58,561 nt of DNA from Chromera velia. Taxonomy: Eukaryota. How positions within the stretch are numbered: the first letter of the stretch is position 1; every line of letters starts with the position of its first letter. Shown here one piece after another: positions 58,180-58,561 of this stretch. The notes below the pieces were generated by a model. The model was not told the origin of the DNA. It made no database searches and saw only the letters and a program-made list of their open reading frames with translations. Both the position numbers and the translations under genes were made by a program. The stretch spans positions 1 to 58,561 of the forward strand of contig JAHBMJ010000061.1 in NCBI GenBank assembly GCA_018398765.1, read 5' to 3'.

Positions 58180-58561
58180 GTGAGTGAGGTATGGAGGGAG
58201 GGAGGGAGGGAGGGAGGGAGGGAATGACTGTGGTTGGATAGACTTTTCTAGGTGCACATGCAAGAAGATGATACTAAGAAAAGATGGTTGAGCACAACAA
58301 ACAGCCCGTCCCTCATGCACGCATGCAGCCCCCCACCCGTTGCAACGAACGAACGAAGGCCTCCGTTGTGCTGCCGCAGGAAGGGTCAGACGGATCCAAA
58401 TGGCTACGACAGCAAACAAGAATACGGTCATTTTCTCCCTTGACGCGCGCATGGATGAATCAGGCAGTATAATTATAACTACGTACATGCACGGTAACCT
58501 TCCTTCTCGACCCCCCTGTATGCATGCATGCATGCATGTACGTCCGTTTATTCCCCCCCCC

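Overview
Intron-rich eukaryotic genomic DNA. Short GC-rich exons sit in introns filled with microsatellites ((GT)n, (CT)n, (GTCT)n, (GAAA)n, TGCATGCA), and intergenic blocks are AT-rich. The style and proteins suggest a myzozoan alveolate such as a chromerid; this is inference, not verified. Most ORFs in the supplied track are microsatellite artefacts, so I built gene models by hand from GT-AG sites with phase checks. Genes in order: ORC2 3' end (+); an N-acylated OTU deubiquitinase (+); mitoribosomal mL43 (-) head-to-head with an ataxin-3-like Josephin-SHP-UIM-UBX protein (+); a ~2370-aa low-complexity protein with (E)CTFRP repeats (-); a small signal-peptide protein (+); a decayed spliced pseudogene with a possible OTU-like motif (-); a gene fragment cut by the assembly gap at 45750 (+); proteasome lid RPN8 (-) head-to-head with TIM44 (+, runs off the window). 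Mobile DNA includes several MITEs (hAT-like, a twin Tc1/mariner-like pair, foldbacks), three (ATG)n-tailed retroposon 3' ends and an intron-resident dispersed repeat. The most unusual signal is four tiny quasi-palindromic inserts with a CATACAGA core. Each is flanked by a 30-50 bp direct duplication that straddles an exon-intron junction and so creates a decoy splice site.
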